A stretch of 64,000 nucleotides of DNA from positions 13,516,001-13,580,000 of the forward strand of contig OX597840.1 in NCBI GenBank assembly GCA_951406725.2, read 5' to 3'. Numbering within the stretch: position 1 is the stretch's first letter; each line of letters begins with the position of its first letter. The stretch is from Octopus vulgaris. Its lineage: Eukaryota. The notes below the pieces were generated by a model that searched no databases, was not told the DNA's origin, and saw only the letters and a list, made by a program, of their open reading frames with translations. Below are positions 13,630 through 27,639 of the stretch, piece by piece. Made by a program: the position numbers and the translations under genes.

Positions 13630-14008
13630 CACATACATACATACACATACATACATACATATACATATATACACACACACATACATACACATATACACAT
13701 ACACGCACATACACATATACATACGTACCCATACGCACACACACACACGCGCATCCATATATACACATAAGTACACACATGCGTAAAAGTATACAAATAT
13801 CTATGCTTACACATACACACACACACACGCCACTCCTTATGTTCATACTTACATGCGTACTCAAAGAATAGGTAATAAAATATATATACATGCAGTTATT
13901 CATACATGCATACTCAAAAAATAATAAATAATAAATAATAAATAATAAATATTAAGTATATATACGTGCAGTTACCTATTATACAGACGGATACATACAT
14001 ATAAACTT

Positions 14009-14083
<75 letters not shown>

Positions 14084-14264
14084 TATATACACATACTTAC
14101 ACATATGTACATATACATACACACATACATAACTCTACTTACCTACATATACCTAAACACACGAGCGTACACGTATATGTACATATACACATACACATAC
14201 ACACACATATATACATACATACATATACATACACGCATATATACACACACATATATATATACCC

Positions 14265-14297
<33 letters not shown>

Positions 14298-14338
14298 TAC
14301 ATACACACACATATACATACATATACATACACACACAT

Positions 14339-14391
<53 letters not shown>

Positions 14392-14524
14392 TGTATATAC
14401 ATATACACATACATACATACACATACACATACATATACACACATACACACACACACATACATATATACACATATACACACACACACATACATATACATAC
14501 ACACATACATACACATATATATAT

Positions 14525-14573
<49 letters not shown>

Positions 14574-14654
14574 TACATATACATGTGTGCAAACATACAT
14601 ACATACATACTCATACACACTCACACACTTACATATACATATATACACACACTT

Positions 14655-14713
<59 letters not shown>

Positions 14714-15046
14714 CATATATATACATATATATACATACATACATATACATATACATACACACATACACATATGTACACATACACACACATATTCACATAT
14801 ATATATATATATATACATATATATACACACACATATATATATATACATATATACATACACATATATATATATATACACATACACACACACACATATATAT
14901 ACACACACCTACACATACACACATATATACATACATATACACACATACACACACACACACATATATGTACATACATACACATACACATACATATACATAT
15001 ACATATACATATACACATGCACATACGTATAACTCTACATACCCAC

Positions 15047-15077
<31 letters not shown>

Positions 15078-15996
15078 TCATCATCATCATCATCATCGTT
15101 TAACGTCCGCTTTCCGCGCTAGCACGGGTTGGACGGTTTGACCGGGTCTGGGAAGCCAGGGGCCGCACCAGGCTCCAGTCTGAATCTGGCAGAGTTTCTA
15201 CGGCTGGATGCCCTTCCTAACGCCAACCACTCCGTGAGTGGATTGGGTGCTTTTTACGTGCCACCTGCACAGGGGCCGGAGGGTCCGGCATCGTCACGAT
15301 CGGTTCGAGCATTTTAACGTGTCAGCGGCACGGGGGCAACGAGGTCCGGGGTACTTTGGGGATCCAGGGTACTTTGGGGATCCGGGGTACTTAGAATGGG
15401 TAGGGGGTATGTGGAATTGCTGCAGAAAGCAGCCCGGGTCTTTGTAGTCACAGCATTTATCGTCACTGAGTAACGTAATTAGGTAGAGGAAAGAAATACA
15501 GATATTCTAGAGTTGAGTTGGGGAGGGGGGTCCAGTTGAGGCGGGTAATATAGGGGAGCAACCAGTGGGAAGGTTGGGGTAAGGAGGAACGATGGCAGGA
15601 AGGGTTGGTGTAGGTTCCTAAGAAATAAAAACGTAGGATATTACGAGGCGGGAGGGTACTAAAGGGGATGGTCGGAATGAGGCAGTGTCAGGAGGAAGCG
15701 TAAGATCGGTGGGCAGTTGATGAGCTATGGCGCTAGCAGGGCAGTTGATGAGCTATGGCGCTAGCAGCTTGTCTTTTCACAGTGAAAGCATATGAGGAGA
15801 AGGGGTAGTGGGGGGAGGAGGGAGTAGGGCGTACCCGGTGTAGATGAGTAAGGCGTATCCGGTGTAGATGGTGAGAACTGGGTATACTGGTATTAGTGGT
15901 GGCGGTGAGAACAGTGTTCACCGGTATTGGTGGTGGGGGTGAGAACAATGTTCATCGGTATTGGTGGTGGGGGTGGGGGGCGGGCGCACCGCCACT

Positions 15997-16525
15997 GGCG
16001 GAAAGATGGGAAGAGATGGGATTACGGCTTGAGGCAGCCTAAAGTTAAATTTTGTAGAGAGAGAGATAGGAAAGATAAATCAAGTTATGGCGAAGGCTTG
16101 AAAGTAGCCTAAAAAGGTTAAATTTTCGTAACAGTGTATGAATAAACGTAGTAACAACAAATAAAAGAGTAAGATAAATTTTTAAGAACTTGCTGCGGGC
16201 ATCGACCAGGAGTTGAAATTGAAGAAGAAAGTAAGTTGAATTGGCGGAAAGATGGGAAGAGATGGGATTACGGCTTGAGGCAGCCTAAAGTTAAATTTTG
16301 TAGAGAGAGAGATAGGAAAGATAAATCAAGTTATGGCGAAGGCTTGAAAGTAGCCTAAAAAGGTTAAATTTTCGTAACAGTGTATGAATAAACGTAGTAA
16401 CAACAAATAAAAGAGTAAGATAAATTTTTAAGAACTTGCTGCGGGCATCGACCAGGAGTTGAAATTGAAGAAGAAAGTAAGTTGAATTGGCGGAAAGATG
16501 GGAAGAGATGGGATTACGGCTTGAG
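15997..16525. repeat. Tandem duplication of a ~246-bp unit
   Basis: ggcggaaagatgggaagagatgggattacggcttgag recurs at ~15997, ~16243 and ~16489, with identical intervening sequence. Confidence 0.9.
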
Positions 16526-16692
16526 ATATATATACACACACATATATATACCCATCTACAATCTGTATATACACACACATACCTGCACATACACATAACT
16601 CTACATACCTACATATACATCGACATACTCGCGTACACTCATATATACACATATATATATATACATATATACACATACACATACATATACAC

Positions 16693-16731
<39 letters not shown>

Positions 16732-16806
16732 TATATATATATACACGCACACATATATATACATATATACATATATATATATACACACACACACACATAC
16801 ACATAC

Positions 16807-16848
<42 letters not shown>

Positions 16849-17362
16849 ACAATTGAGGGTAAAGTTAATTAGTTATTAATCAATTTCACCAAGTATTCAG
16901 TATGTAAAAGGACCATTATTTTTTTGAGTAAACATTGTCTGAGAGAAAATTTTCTTTAAGTACTGGAAAAAGCTAAAAAACTTATTTGGCTGCTATTTCT
17001 AGAAAGTTCAGTATGTGGCAAAGTAATTTATTTTACTAAGCCCTAATTATATAATATTTTATATACACACATACACATACATACACACATACATATACAC
17101 ATACATATGCATACACACATATATACATATATACATATATACACACACACACACATACATATATATTTTTTTTTTTACATACATACACACACACACACAC
17201 ATAATACATGCGTATATTCCTACTATACCCATACATTTCTATACATATATACGATACACATATACAAGCGTGCACATACAATATGTGAAAGGTCTTAGGA
17301 GAAAAGGTAGTCGGGGGTGCTAGGGGAACGGTGGGATTGGGGGGTTTGTGGGTGGGGTGTCA

Positions 17363-19070
17363 TCAATCTGGTTGCCGGGTAGGTCTATAGTTCTTGTAGT
17401 TTGCATAATTCTTATGCATGCAATTTGGGGAGTGTTCTGAAATCTTGTTAAGGAGAGGGCCTTTGGCGAACAAGATCTCTAGGCTCTCAGAAATGCAAAG
17501 GTCACAGCAGGTATGGCCTCCTGTGTACGAACGCGCCTTCTGTAGTAGTTTCCACTTGGTCTTGAAGGGGATGGAGTTCCTTTTAAGGTACCAGATGTGG
17601 GCGGCGAGGGTAGTTTGGTTGGATTTATCCGGTCGCCGGAACGAGTGTGTGTGTGCGTACCAACGGGTCTTAAAGCTGTTTGACGTCATTCCGATGTAGG
17701 AATTTCTTTTATCGTCAGGGCCTGATCTTACCTCGCATGTATATACTAGGTCCCTCTGTAGGCAGTTGTTGTTGAGGGGGCAGGTGGTTTTATCAGGGCA
17801 GTTGCAATTGCTATCGGACGTTGGATGGGCCTCAGAAAAAGTAGATATGTTAAGTTTTTTCACATTGTTGTTGGCTAGGTTCCTGGCTAGATTGGGCGTG
17901 GTAGAGTAGGAGAGTCTAATAGTGTTCTTATTTAGGATAGTGTAGTACTTATGTTGGGTGGGGAAGTGTTTCTGTAGGAGAGTGAAGAAGATTTTAGCTA
18001 CAGGTGTAGCGACCTCACGGTTGAAGAGGGGGTTGTACCAGCTAATGTGTCTTCGTCTATTTTTCCTGGGTTGGCGTGGGGCTATACTAGTATAGGTAAT
18101 CTTATCTTTAAAGCCACTGCGGGCCAGGGCCTCGTTGTAATAGGGGGCTGCGGCCTTTAAAGATATCTTCCGTGGCGGACAGGCTAGAAATTCTTATTGA
18201 GACACTTTTTACTAGGTTATCTAATATATTTTTGGGGTGGTTGGAATTAATATCTATATATCTAAGGGATTCATTTGGTTTGTGGTACGGGTAATAAAGT
18301 GAGGTTTTTAAGTCGAGGGTGACGTCAAGGAAGTTAGCTTTGGTTAAGTTGGATTCTAAGGTAATCCTAAGGCCTAAGTTTTTAAAGAAGGTGTAAAGAT
18401 TTTTCCGGAACCCATCCGTGGTCCTGGGGTTTATTTTGTGGAGGGCGAAAAGGCCGTCATCGCGGTAAAGACCACCGGAGAGGCCTGTGAATAGGGTTTT
18501 CAGCCTATGGAGGATGAAAAGGCCCACTAGGTCACTTATTTCAGCCGAGTCGCTAGCACCCATGCTGACGTCGAAGGGGGTCACAGATTTTTTGTTGATC
18601 CAGTGGGATCCGTCGTGGAAAAGAAAAGTCTTACGTGCGTGGAGGATCACATCTTGCTCGGCCTCGGTGATGGTGGAAGACCTCCTGGCGAAGTTAATCG
18701 CGTCGATCAGCAAGCTCTCCGATATGGAGGCGTAGTAATCCTCGATATCCAGTTGTAGGAATCGGGTGTTGCTTTTGTCAGGTAAATCCCGGAACCAGGT
18801 TATTGCCTCGGAGGTCCTATTCCAGAGTGGAAGGGGTGAAGCTTCACGCATTTTTGGTAAAATCCTGTCCAGGATCTTCTTGCTGACGGATCCGATGTCA
18901 GACTTGGTTGGGTTAATCAGTCGGACCGACGGTTTATTTTCGAAATGGTCTTTGTGGTCTTTCAGGGTGAAGTGTGGGGACTTCACCCTCAGGGGTTCAG
19001 TTCGGTCATCAATTTTAAGGGAGGTGGCAATCTCTTTCCCGGCTAAGTTGGTTTCAGTTAGCGCTGTGTC
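17363..19070 (-). mobile_element. Penelope-like element (CxCx5C linker, Nematis-like), 5'-truncated, frameshifted
   Basis: Motifs TLKDHK...RLINPTKS, LDIEDYYASI, FDVSMGASDSAE, GLYRDDGL, NFLDVTL and WYNP, then CNCPDKTTCPL...C..LVY.C...YIGMT...FK.R..H (GIY-YIG). Confidence 0.92.
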
Positions 19071-19071
<1 letters not shown>

Positions 19072-19116
<45 letters not shown>

Positions 19117-19559
19117 GTGTGTGTGTATGTATGTGTGTATGTATATATATGTGTGTGTGTGTGTGTATATATGTATACATATGTGTATAGGTATAAGTGA
19201 GAATTTCCTTATTTACCTAAAACTCTATTCTTCTATATATTTTTTATTATTTTTTTTAATTCTTTTTTTATTCTTTTGTTTATTCTTCTATCTAAGTTAC
19301 CACTGACTCCTTGACCACTCCCCCAAGTATGATTTTTTTGCGCTATGCCTACCCCCAAAAAGTCCCCCACCACCACCCCTATAAACCTGCCTAAATGTAT
19401 AAATGCCAATACAATTCTTGTTAACTAGCTTCCTGAAGATTTCTCTTGAATGAAACAGTTCTAGTCCTGTAGAAGCTCCTTCTATATAATAAATTAATTT
19501 TACTCTGCTATGTATTGAGTACCTTATTTACTGTGGTTAACCCCGAATCAACCCGGACC

Positions 19560-19560
<1 letters not shown>
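19072..19560 (+). repeat. Inverted PLE pseudo-LTR plus ~50-nt tail, ending in (TA)n
   Basis: Reverse complement of 12205-12645 up to 19510, then a unique extension gtattgagtacc...ccggacctac, then (TA)n. Confidence 0.85.
19427..19477 (+). ncRNA. Type I hammerhead ribozyme (identical inverted copy)
   Basis: agcttcctgaagatttctcttgaatgaaacagttctagtcctgtagaagct. Confidence 0.8.
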
Positions 19561-19615
<55 letters not shown>

Positions 19616-20633
19616 AAAAATTAATGAGTGCGTGCGTTTTCAATCATATGTGTGTTTGTGTGTATAAAATCCCGTGGTTGTTTGTCGACAACTTTTTGTG
19701 AAGGTGCATACCACAGTGGTTAAGTGTGGGACTTATATTCGGGATGCTAGTTCAATTCCCGGACTGGGCTTTCTTTTTGTTTCACGTTGCTCCAGTTCCC
19801 TCAGCTGCAGAAATGAGTTGCGATGTCACTGGTGCCAAACTGTATCGGCCCCTTTAGCCTTTCCCATGGATAACATCGGTGACGTGGAGAAGGGAATCTG
19901 GTATGCATGGGTGACGCCTGGTCTTACATGAACAACCTTGCCCAGACAGTTGCCTCAGACGGGAACTTTCTAGGTGCAATGCAATGGTCATTCGCGACCA
20001 AAAACGGTCTTTACTATATGTGTATGCGTCTCTCTGTGTGTGTATGTGTGTGTGTGTTTTGTCTTCTAGCTTCAGTCATTTGACAGCGGCCATGCTGGAG
20101 CACTACCTTGGTGAATTTCTGTGGAATCAAACAACATTAGCACTTTTTAAAGCCTCGCACTTATTCTATCAGTCCTTTTGCCGATCTAATAAGTTACATG
20201 GATGTAAACGCACCAACACTGGATGTCAAGTGGTGGGGGGACAAACACAGACACACATACGACGGGCTTCTTTTAGTTTCCGTCTACCAAATCCTCTCAC
20301 GTAGCTTTGGTTGACCCGAGTTTATAGAAGACACTTTCAAAATGCCACGCAGTGGGACTGAACCTAGAACCATGTGATTGGGAAGCAAGCTTGGACATTT
20401 CTATTGCATGGGAGATAATCTTCTTTGTGTAGTAAACGCGATATTTTCCTTAATTTTAAACATTTGGATTTTAATTGTTAATGGAATGATGGACATATAT
20501 TATATAAATATCGATTATGGAAACCTATGTCGAATTTTTATTTAAATAAATACTTTCAACAATGAGTTTTAAGGTTGAATGTTTCTAATAACATTTGTTT
20601 AATATTGATGAAAACAAATGAGAATCGTCTTAC

Positions 20634-20751
20634 CTGCAGCTTTGTCTGAGAGAAATTTCAGGTATTGCATTATTTTAGGTCTTTTACTGGAATCGTAGTC
20701 AACATGATCAAGATATTTGTGTATGAGAGGAATTAAACCAGGGAAATCATC
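20634..20751 (-). CDS. GCLC: GCLC-like exon
   Basis: Acceptor ctcaacAG, donor GTaaga. Encodes DDFPGLIPLIHKYLDHVDYDSSKRPKIMQYLKFLSDKAA(G), with the FPGLIP motif. Confidence 0.94.
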
Positions 20752-21900
20752 CTGTTGAGAATAGAATCAAAAGGATTGGAAATAGTTTGAGTTTTTCTGT
20801 TGGAGATGTTGACCAAAGAAAATTTCATTATATAATCTGGAATATATTTATGGCAGTCTTTGACCCCGCTTTTAATGAAACTATGATGATTTCTAACATA
20901 AAATGTGGTGAATCATTAAAACACTAGAGAGAAGACTAACGATGAATTGTAGAAAATTATGACGAGGAAAATTAGTGATGTGTGTAGATGAGAGGGAGCA
21001 AATAAGGGAAATTATCCTGTTGGCAATAGAAGCAAAATAATCAAAAATAGTTTCAGTTTTCTGATGGATATATTGACCAAATGGTTATAAAATTTGCTGA
21101 TATTTTTTGTGAAGGAAATATCTGAAAAACTGAAGCAGAAATAAGAAAAATTTCATGATGTTAATTTAGGATATTTTTATGACATTCTTTGACATCTGTC
21201 CCTTTTAATAAAATTATGATGATTTCTAACATACAGACAAAGCCATAAAGCTTGGGGTGTCACAGTGAGATGGGTGTTAGAAAGAGAGAGAAAGAAATAG
21301 TATGGTAGAAGGGACAAACAAATCTCTTTGGAACCATTTCATCTCTACAATTGAACCATTCTGCTTAATCCATGATTTCATGGAAGAGTTTAATAACCAC
21401 AATTGTCATGCAGATTCTTCATTCCTCAGAGTAATTGGAACTTATAGAACAATCTAGAATCTTTTCTATAGACTATTTCTTATTGAAAAAATCATTACCA
21501 ATTTCTTTGGATTAAGAATTTTGTGTGGACATTGATGTGTTTCACAAGTTCCTGAGGTATCCAGGGCATATTCTATTGTCACCATATGTCGATCAGTGCT
21601 TTATATACACACACACAAAGACACACACACTCACCCCATCCTAACCTCTAAAGCCAATCCCCCAAATCATTGATGCTTGAAGGAGAGACAAAAAGGATAA
21701 ATTCTTTTCAGTTCCACATTACTCCTCCTTTCCCCCACCCAAACACACCTACAGTGTCCCTTGAAATAAATAATATTCTTTTACGTTAACACAACATGGT
21801 GGACAGGTCAGTTTTAGCTTCCCTACTATTATAATGTAAACCTTTTTGAACTCATAATATTCTGTGCGTGTATACCAATATTCCACTGAACTTTTTAATA

Positions 21901-22592
21901 CCGTATTTGACGGCATATAGGATGCACTTTTTTCCAAAAAATTTGGCTAAAAAAATCGCCCTGCGTCTAATATGCGAAGTCAAGACCCTCCCATAGGCTA
22001 ATCTTCTCCCAGACGCTCACTAACCTAGCTTACGATAAGTATTTCTACCTACGCTAACGCCTTAATGATATTTTCCGTACTCATGCATCATTATTTTATT
22101 GCTAGTATTATTATTATTATTATTATTATTACCAGTATTATTACTTTAAAATACGAATTCTCGTAAAAATCAAAGCAATCTACCGTAAATTGTTAGGCTG
22201 CGATCCATGACACACGTTTACTAATATCAGCTGATCAGAACCCTAAATCGATGCCATCTGACGGTGAGGAGTAAAACTACATGATCGTTGCGAATTCGTG
22301 TATATACGGAGGTAGGTTGGATATCTTGGTACAACAAAGTTTATGATCATAACAACAGTACAACACTACAACAGTACAAGCACCCTCACGGTTATGGCAA
22401 CACCCTCACGGCTGTTGTAATTTGCATGCTTTCCTTTTGTATGCTTGCTTTTATACAGCAATGTTTTCTGCTTTTGTAATGAGCTGCTAGACTGCTTTCA
22501 ACAATACACTTAAAACTTTTTTCCTGAATTTGACCTGCTGAAATGAGGGTGCGTCTAATATGCCAGTGCGTCTAATATGCCGTCAAATATGG
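21901..22592. mobile_element. Non-autonomous Tc1/mariner-superfamily (pogo/Tigger-like) element
   Basis: TA|CCGTATTTGACGGCATAT...ATATGCCGTCAAATATGG|TA terminal inverted repeats with TA flanks, and subterminal repeats tgcgtctaatatgc. Confidence 0.82.
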
Positions 22593-22596
22593 TAAT

Positions 22597-23098
22597 TCCT
22601 TCTGGAAATTATCTTGAGAATGTATAATATATTTGTTGTAATCTTTTGTGCCCAATATTTCAATGAACTTGTTAAACTTTTTTATGTTCTCAACATGCTC
22701 TTGTCACCAAAGAATGTATATATATATGGATTGTAGTACTCTGTGTCAACCAATATTCTGTGCGTGTTTGAATATACAAATACAATACCAATACCAATAT
22801 CCCACAGAACTTTTTAATAATTCCTTCTGGAAACTATCTTAAACATGTTCTTGAGAATGATTATTTATGTTGTAATCTTTTGTGCCCAATATTTTAAGGA
22901 ACTTGTTAAACTTTTTTATGTCCTTAACATGTCCTTGTTACCAAAGACTGTATATATGTAATGTAGCAATTTGTAACAACCAATAATTAACGCAACCAAA
23001 GTTCTACATGTTACTTTTGACAATCTTTTTCCAAAGAGTGAAACCGGTAAAGTAAATAAACATCTTTTAAAATTGCATTTTCAAACCTTCTTTCGTAT
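22597..23098 (+). mobile_element. Solo PLE pseudo-LTR related to the 30-34 kb element
   Basis: Shares caataattaacgcaacc and ttttgacaatctttt.ccaaagagtgaaaccggt.aagtaaataaa...ttgcattttcaaacctt with 33860-34256. Internal direct repeat 22597-22740 / 22820-22960. Ends in microsatellite. Confidence 0.75.
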
Positions 23099-23121
23099 AT
23101 ATATATGTGTGTGTTTATGTA

Positions 23122-23177
<56 letters not shown>

Positions 23178-23182
23178 CATAT

Positions 23183-23530
23183 AATTAATGCATTCGAGCT
23201 TTGGTGTTGGAAAAGACTTTTACGGATTCCATGGACAGCGAGGCTCACCAATGGAGAAGTTCTTAAACAGATAAGGCCGAAAATGTCGTTAGAAGCTAGG
23301 ATCACCAAGTATAGATTGGCATATTTTGGTCATATTATGCGGAGAAAATCCCCATGCTTGGAATGGTCAGTGGCAAGAGAGGAAGAGGCCGACCAAGAAC
23401 CCGCTGGCTTGACACCATCAAGAGTGATACCGGAATGGACATAGCCAATCTGAAAGAAGCGACCCATGATAGAACTGACTGGAAGACACTGATCCAATGA
23501 GTGACCTCGAGTCGACTTCGACTGAGCGGA
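23183..23530 (+). mobile_element. RTE-clade LINE 3' fragment
   Basis: Encodes INAFELWCWKRLLRIPWTARLTNGEVL...YFGHIMRR, then GKRGRGRP.TRWLD in another frame. Confidence 0.85.
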
Positions 23531-23705
23531 TATATACATATATATATATATATATATTATGATATGTAAAAAAATACAAACTGTGACAAGAACGCATAAC
23601 ACTTAGAAGACGATACAACAAACACAGACAGGACATTCGAAGCCCTCAGTCTTCAGTCAAGAACCGGATCATCGTAGTAATTTTGGCTGATTATATATAT
23701 ATATA

Positions 23706-24683
23706 TAAAGAGTTTAGACAGAATAATGGAAATACCTTAAAATTTCAAACAAATTTATTTTAATATGGGGTACGACTGCGTTTGGCAGTAATTACAGCTT
23801 GAATTCTATGAGGTATGGACTCATACAAAATTTGAATTGTTTCCAAATGAATTTTCGTCCATTCTTCAGCTAAAACGGTCTCCAGTTCTTGTAATGATGA
23901 TGGTGGAGGATATCGACTCATTTGTTTTTCTAAAATGCACCATAAATGTTCAATAATACTGAAATCCGGGGTCTGTTCAACTTCACTAGAATGTTCCTCG
24001 TGCCTTTCAGAAACAACTTTCGGTGTATGAATTGGTGCATTATCATCCTGAAAGATTGTGTTTCCCTCTGGAAACAGTTCTGCGACCATAAGATGAAACT
24101 AATCAGATAAAATGCTTAAATCGTCTTGACTATTAATTCTGGCATGAAAGGACCGGTGGATTTCCAAGATATAGCCTCCACCTCCAGGTCATCACAGATC
24201 CTCCTCCATGTTTAATAGTTAGAAGAAGGCAGTCTGGGTCAAATGCTTCTTTTGGCTATCTCCACACATATACTTGGCCGGTGGTCAGAAATAAGGTATA
24301 GGATGACTCCTCTGCGAAAATAACATTCTTCCACTGATCCAGGGGCCAATTCTGTAGGTTTTTAACTCCACTCTAAATGCTCTGTAACGTTTGTTTTTGA
24401 AAGTAGTGGTTAACTGATTGCAGCCCTCCTGTGAAATCCGGCTTGTGCAGCTCGCAGCAAAGAGTTTTTGTGGAAACTGGGTTCTCGAGGTGGTCATTAA
24501 GCTCTCCAGTAATTTTGGGAGCTGTACTTTTGTGATCCTTTCTAACAATTTGCATAAGAGTCCAACGGTCCCTGTCTGAAAGTTTTGGTTTTCTTCCGGA
24601 ATTTTGTTTCAACGTGGAGGTTTTTCCCTCTTTCTCAAGGGGCTGTCATTACTTTTGAGACAGTACTTCTTGATACACCAAAC
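23706..24683 (-). mobile_element. Tc1-like transposon remnant
   Basis: Encodes FGVSRSTVS, SGRKPKLSDRDR, FQDDNAPIH...PDFSIIEHLW and LYESIPHRIQAVI; frameshifted. Confidence 0.88.
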
Positions 24684-25612
24684 ATATATATATATAAGAG
24701 GCAGAAACAGAGAGAGAAAAGGAGTGTATTTCCATGCAGGAAAGAATTGTGAATGTGTGTGTATGTATGCAAGTATGTGAGTGTGTGTGTGAGTAAGTAT
24801 GAGTGTATGTGAGTGTGTGTGAGACCGAGTGTCTGTGTGTATGTGAGTGAGTGAGTGTGTGTGAGTGAATAAATGTGTGTGTGAGACCGAGTGTCTGTGT
24901 GTATGTGAGTGAGTGAGTGTGTGTGTGAGTTTGTGTGTATGTGAGTGAGTGTGTATATGTGTGAGTGAGTGTGTGTGTGAGTGTGTGTGTGAGTATGTGT
25001 GTATGTGAGTGTGTGTGTGAATGTGTGCATGTGTGTGTATGCATGTGTGTGTGTGTGCATGTGTGCAGGTGTGTGTGTGTGCAGGTGTGCAGGTGTGTGT
25101 GTGTGTGCGTGTGTGCAGGTGTGTGTGTGTGCACGTGTGTGAGTGTTTTAATCACATGCACAAAAACCTGGACTTGGGTCCTTGCAGGATGATAGGCAGA
25201 AAATAAACTTTTGGAATTTGAATGAGAGACAACAATTCTGTCTATCTGTCTTTATACACACACACACACACACACATACAAACACACACACACACACACA
25301 CAAACACATACACAGAAACACATACACACAAACACATGCACACACAAACACACACACACATATTGATTTATTAGTACTCTCCCTTCTCCATCCATCCACA
25401 AGTTCATTCAGGTTGAATAACTGGTGACGCTAAAGTGGAGAAAATGTATTTTTTTTTAATTTTTAAATAGGTTTCTTTTTAATAAACTGGAAGAGACCCT
25501 CTTCATGCAAGGTTACTTGAGAAGGTGGGTCACTCGGTATAGAGGCTCACTATCTGTGGCAAGGGTACCTCGATACTGAGAGGTCCCAATATTGAATGGA
25601 CCCAATATTGAA

Positions 25613-25995
25613 AGGCGGCGAGCTGGCAGAATCGTTAGCACACCAGGCAAAATGCTTAGCGGTATTTCGTCTGTTGCTACGTTGTGAGTTCAAATTCCGC
25701 TGAGGTCGACTTTGCCTTTCATCCTTTTGGTGTTGATAAATTAAGTACCAGTTACACATTGGGGTCGATATAATCGACTTAATCCATCTGTCTGTCCTTG
25801 TTTGTCTCCTCTGTGTTTAGCCCCTTGTGGGTAGTAAAGAAATAGGTATTTCGTCTGTGTTTATGTTCTGAGTTCAAATTCTGCCGAGGTCGAATTTGCC
25901 TTTCATACTTTTGGTGTCAATAAATTAAGTAGCATTTGTGATCTAATCGACTGCTCCATCCCCAAGATTTTCGGGCTTTGTGCCTAGAGTAGAAA
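25613..25995 (+). mobile_element. tRNA-derived SINE (family also at ~41866-42096, ~39205-39410, ~62715-62930)
   Basis: Head ggcggcgagctggcagaatcgttagc and B-box-like gagttcaaattcc; dispersed near-identical copies. Confidence 0.8.
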
Positions 25996-26380
25996 AGAAT
26001 AGTGAAAGGGCCCGATACTGGGTACCCTCAATATTCGCAGGCCAAGACTATTGTCCTTTTGCCCCCTATAAATCCAGCTGTGTATGAATGCATATGTATG
26101 TGTGTGTATTTCTTTGTTGGTTTGCTTATGTCCACTGCCTTAGCGGTTTGGCAAAAGAACAATAGAATAGATACCAATCTTAGAGCAATTAAATACATGG
26201 GTCAAATTGTTCGACTACACCTGCCAAGGTGATGCCCCAGCATGGCCACAGTTCAATGACTGAAACAAGTGAAATCATAAAAGAAAACTGCCTTCCACTT
26301 GATATAAGCAATTTTTTTTAAATTTTAGAATTTACAAAATCAAGTAAGTGTTTTGGGGTTTATTTGAAATAATTTCTTAC

Positions 26381-26451
26381 CTTTCCATTCATGATTTCAT
26401 TTAAAGTCATCAGGGAGTAAATTTCATGGGTTACCTCACAACTGGTAAATT
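26381..26451 (-). CDS. GCLC: GCLC-like exon
   Basis: Acceptor tgtcaactAG, donor GTaaga. Encodes (E)FTSCEVTHEIYSLMTLNEIMNGK, matching Y.LMSID.I.NGK. 71 nt, phases fit. Confidence 0.9.
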
Positions 26452-26519
26452 CTAGTTGACAGAAAAAAAAAAGAAATAATGATGATGATGATGGTGGTGG
26501 TGGTGGTGGTGGTGGAGAC

Positions 26520-27336
26520 AAGAAAAGTCCCTTCATGGCAAATACTGGGTTAAACTAAACAGAAAAGAAATAGAAAAAGCAGACTGAAGGATTTTTAATT
26601 GCAGCACAAGACCAAAGCCACCCCACCAGAAATTACCAAAAACATATAATGAAGAGAAACATAACAAGTAACTGCAGAATATGTGGAAATGGACAAGAAG
26701 CAATAAATCATATTATCTCTAGCTGCCCAGTCCTGGCTAAGAAGGAATATATTCACAGACATGACTGAGTAGGAACCTACATACACTGGAAGCTATGCTA
26801 ACACTATGGAATAACAACAGAAAAAAGATGGTATAGGCACACACCAGAAAAGGTCACAGAAAACGAGAAAGCAACCATACTCTGGGATATACCAATACAC
26901 ACAGATAGAGAAATTAAGTCCAACAGGCCAGATATAGTTGTCAGAGATCATGAAGAAAAAAAATACTTTCTAATTGATGTATCAATACCAACAGATGACA
27001 ACATTTCTCTAAAAGAAATGGAGAAACTTTCAAAATACAAAGAACTGGAAATAGAGGTAACTTAAATGTGGAGTCTAAAAACAGAAACAATTCCTATCAT
27101 AGTAGGTGCATTAGGTATGATAAAAAATTTTCAGACAAATACATAACAAAAACACCAGGACTTACAAATATACATAACATACAGAAAATAGCAATACTAG
27201 GTACCGCACACATCCTACGTAAAACACTTTTCAATATGGTAACTACAACAGTATCACAACAAACTACAGCAGAAACCCAAAACACATACAGCTGTGCTCG
27301 GCAGTGCAGTAAAAGCACGTGATGAAAGTAAGACTA

Positions 27337-27345
<9 letters not shown>
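26520..27345 (+). mobile_element. R4/Dong-like non-LTR element 3' fragment (restriction-like endonuclease)
   Basis: Decayed frames give LIAAQDQ, HIISSCPVLA..EY.HRHD, ILWD..I.TD......RPDIV, LIDVSIP and K..KY..L. It sits within (TGA/TAA)n with a (TAA)n tail. Confidence 0.8.
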
Positions 27346-27377
<32 letters not shown>

Positions 27378-27639
27378 TGATGATGATGATGATTTCAAAT
27401 TTTGCCACAAAGGCAGCAGTTTCTAGGGATGGGATAAGTCGATCACATTGACCCCAGTCTTCAACTGGTATTTAATTTATTGACCCCGAAAGATTGAAAG
27501 GCAAAGTCGACCTTGACAGAATTTGAACTTGGAACGTAGTGACGGACGAAATATCACTAAGCATTTCGTCCAGCATACTGACAATTCCGCCAGCTCAAAC
27601 AATACTACTAATAATGATAATAATACTAAATGCCCAGGA

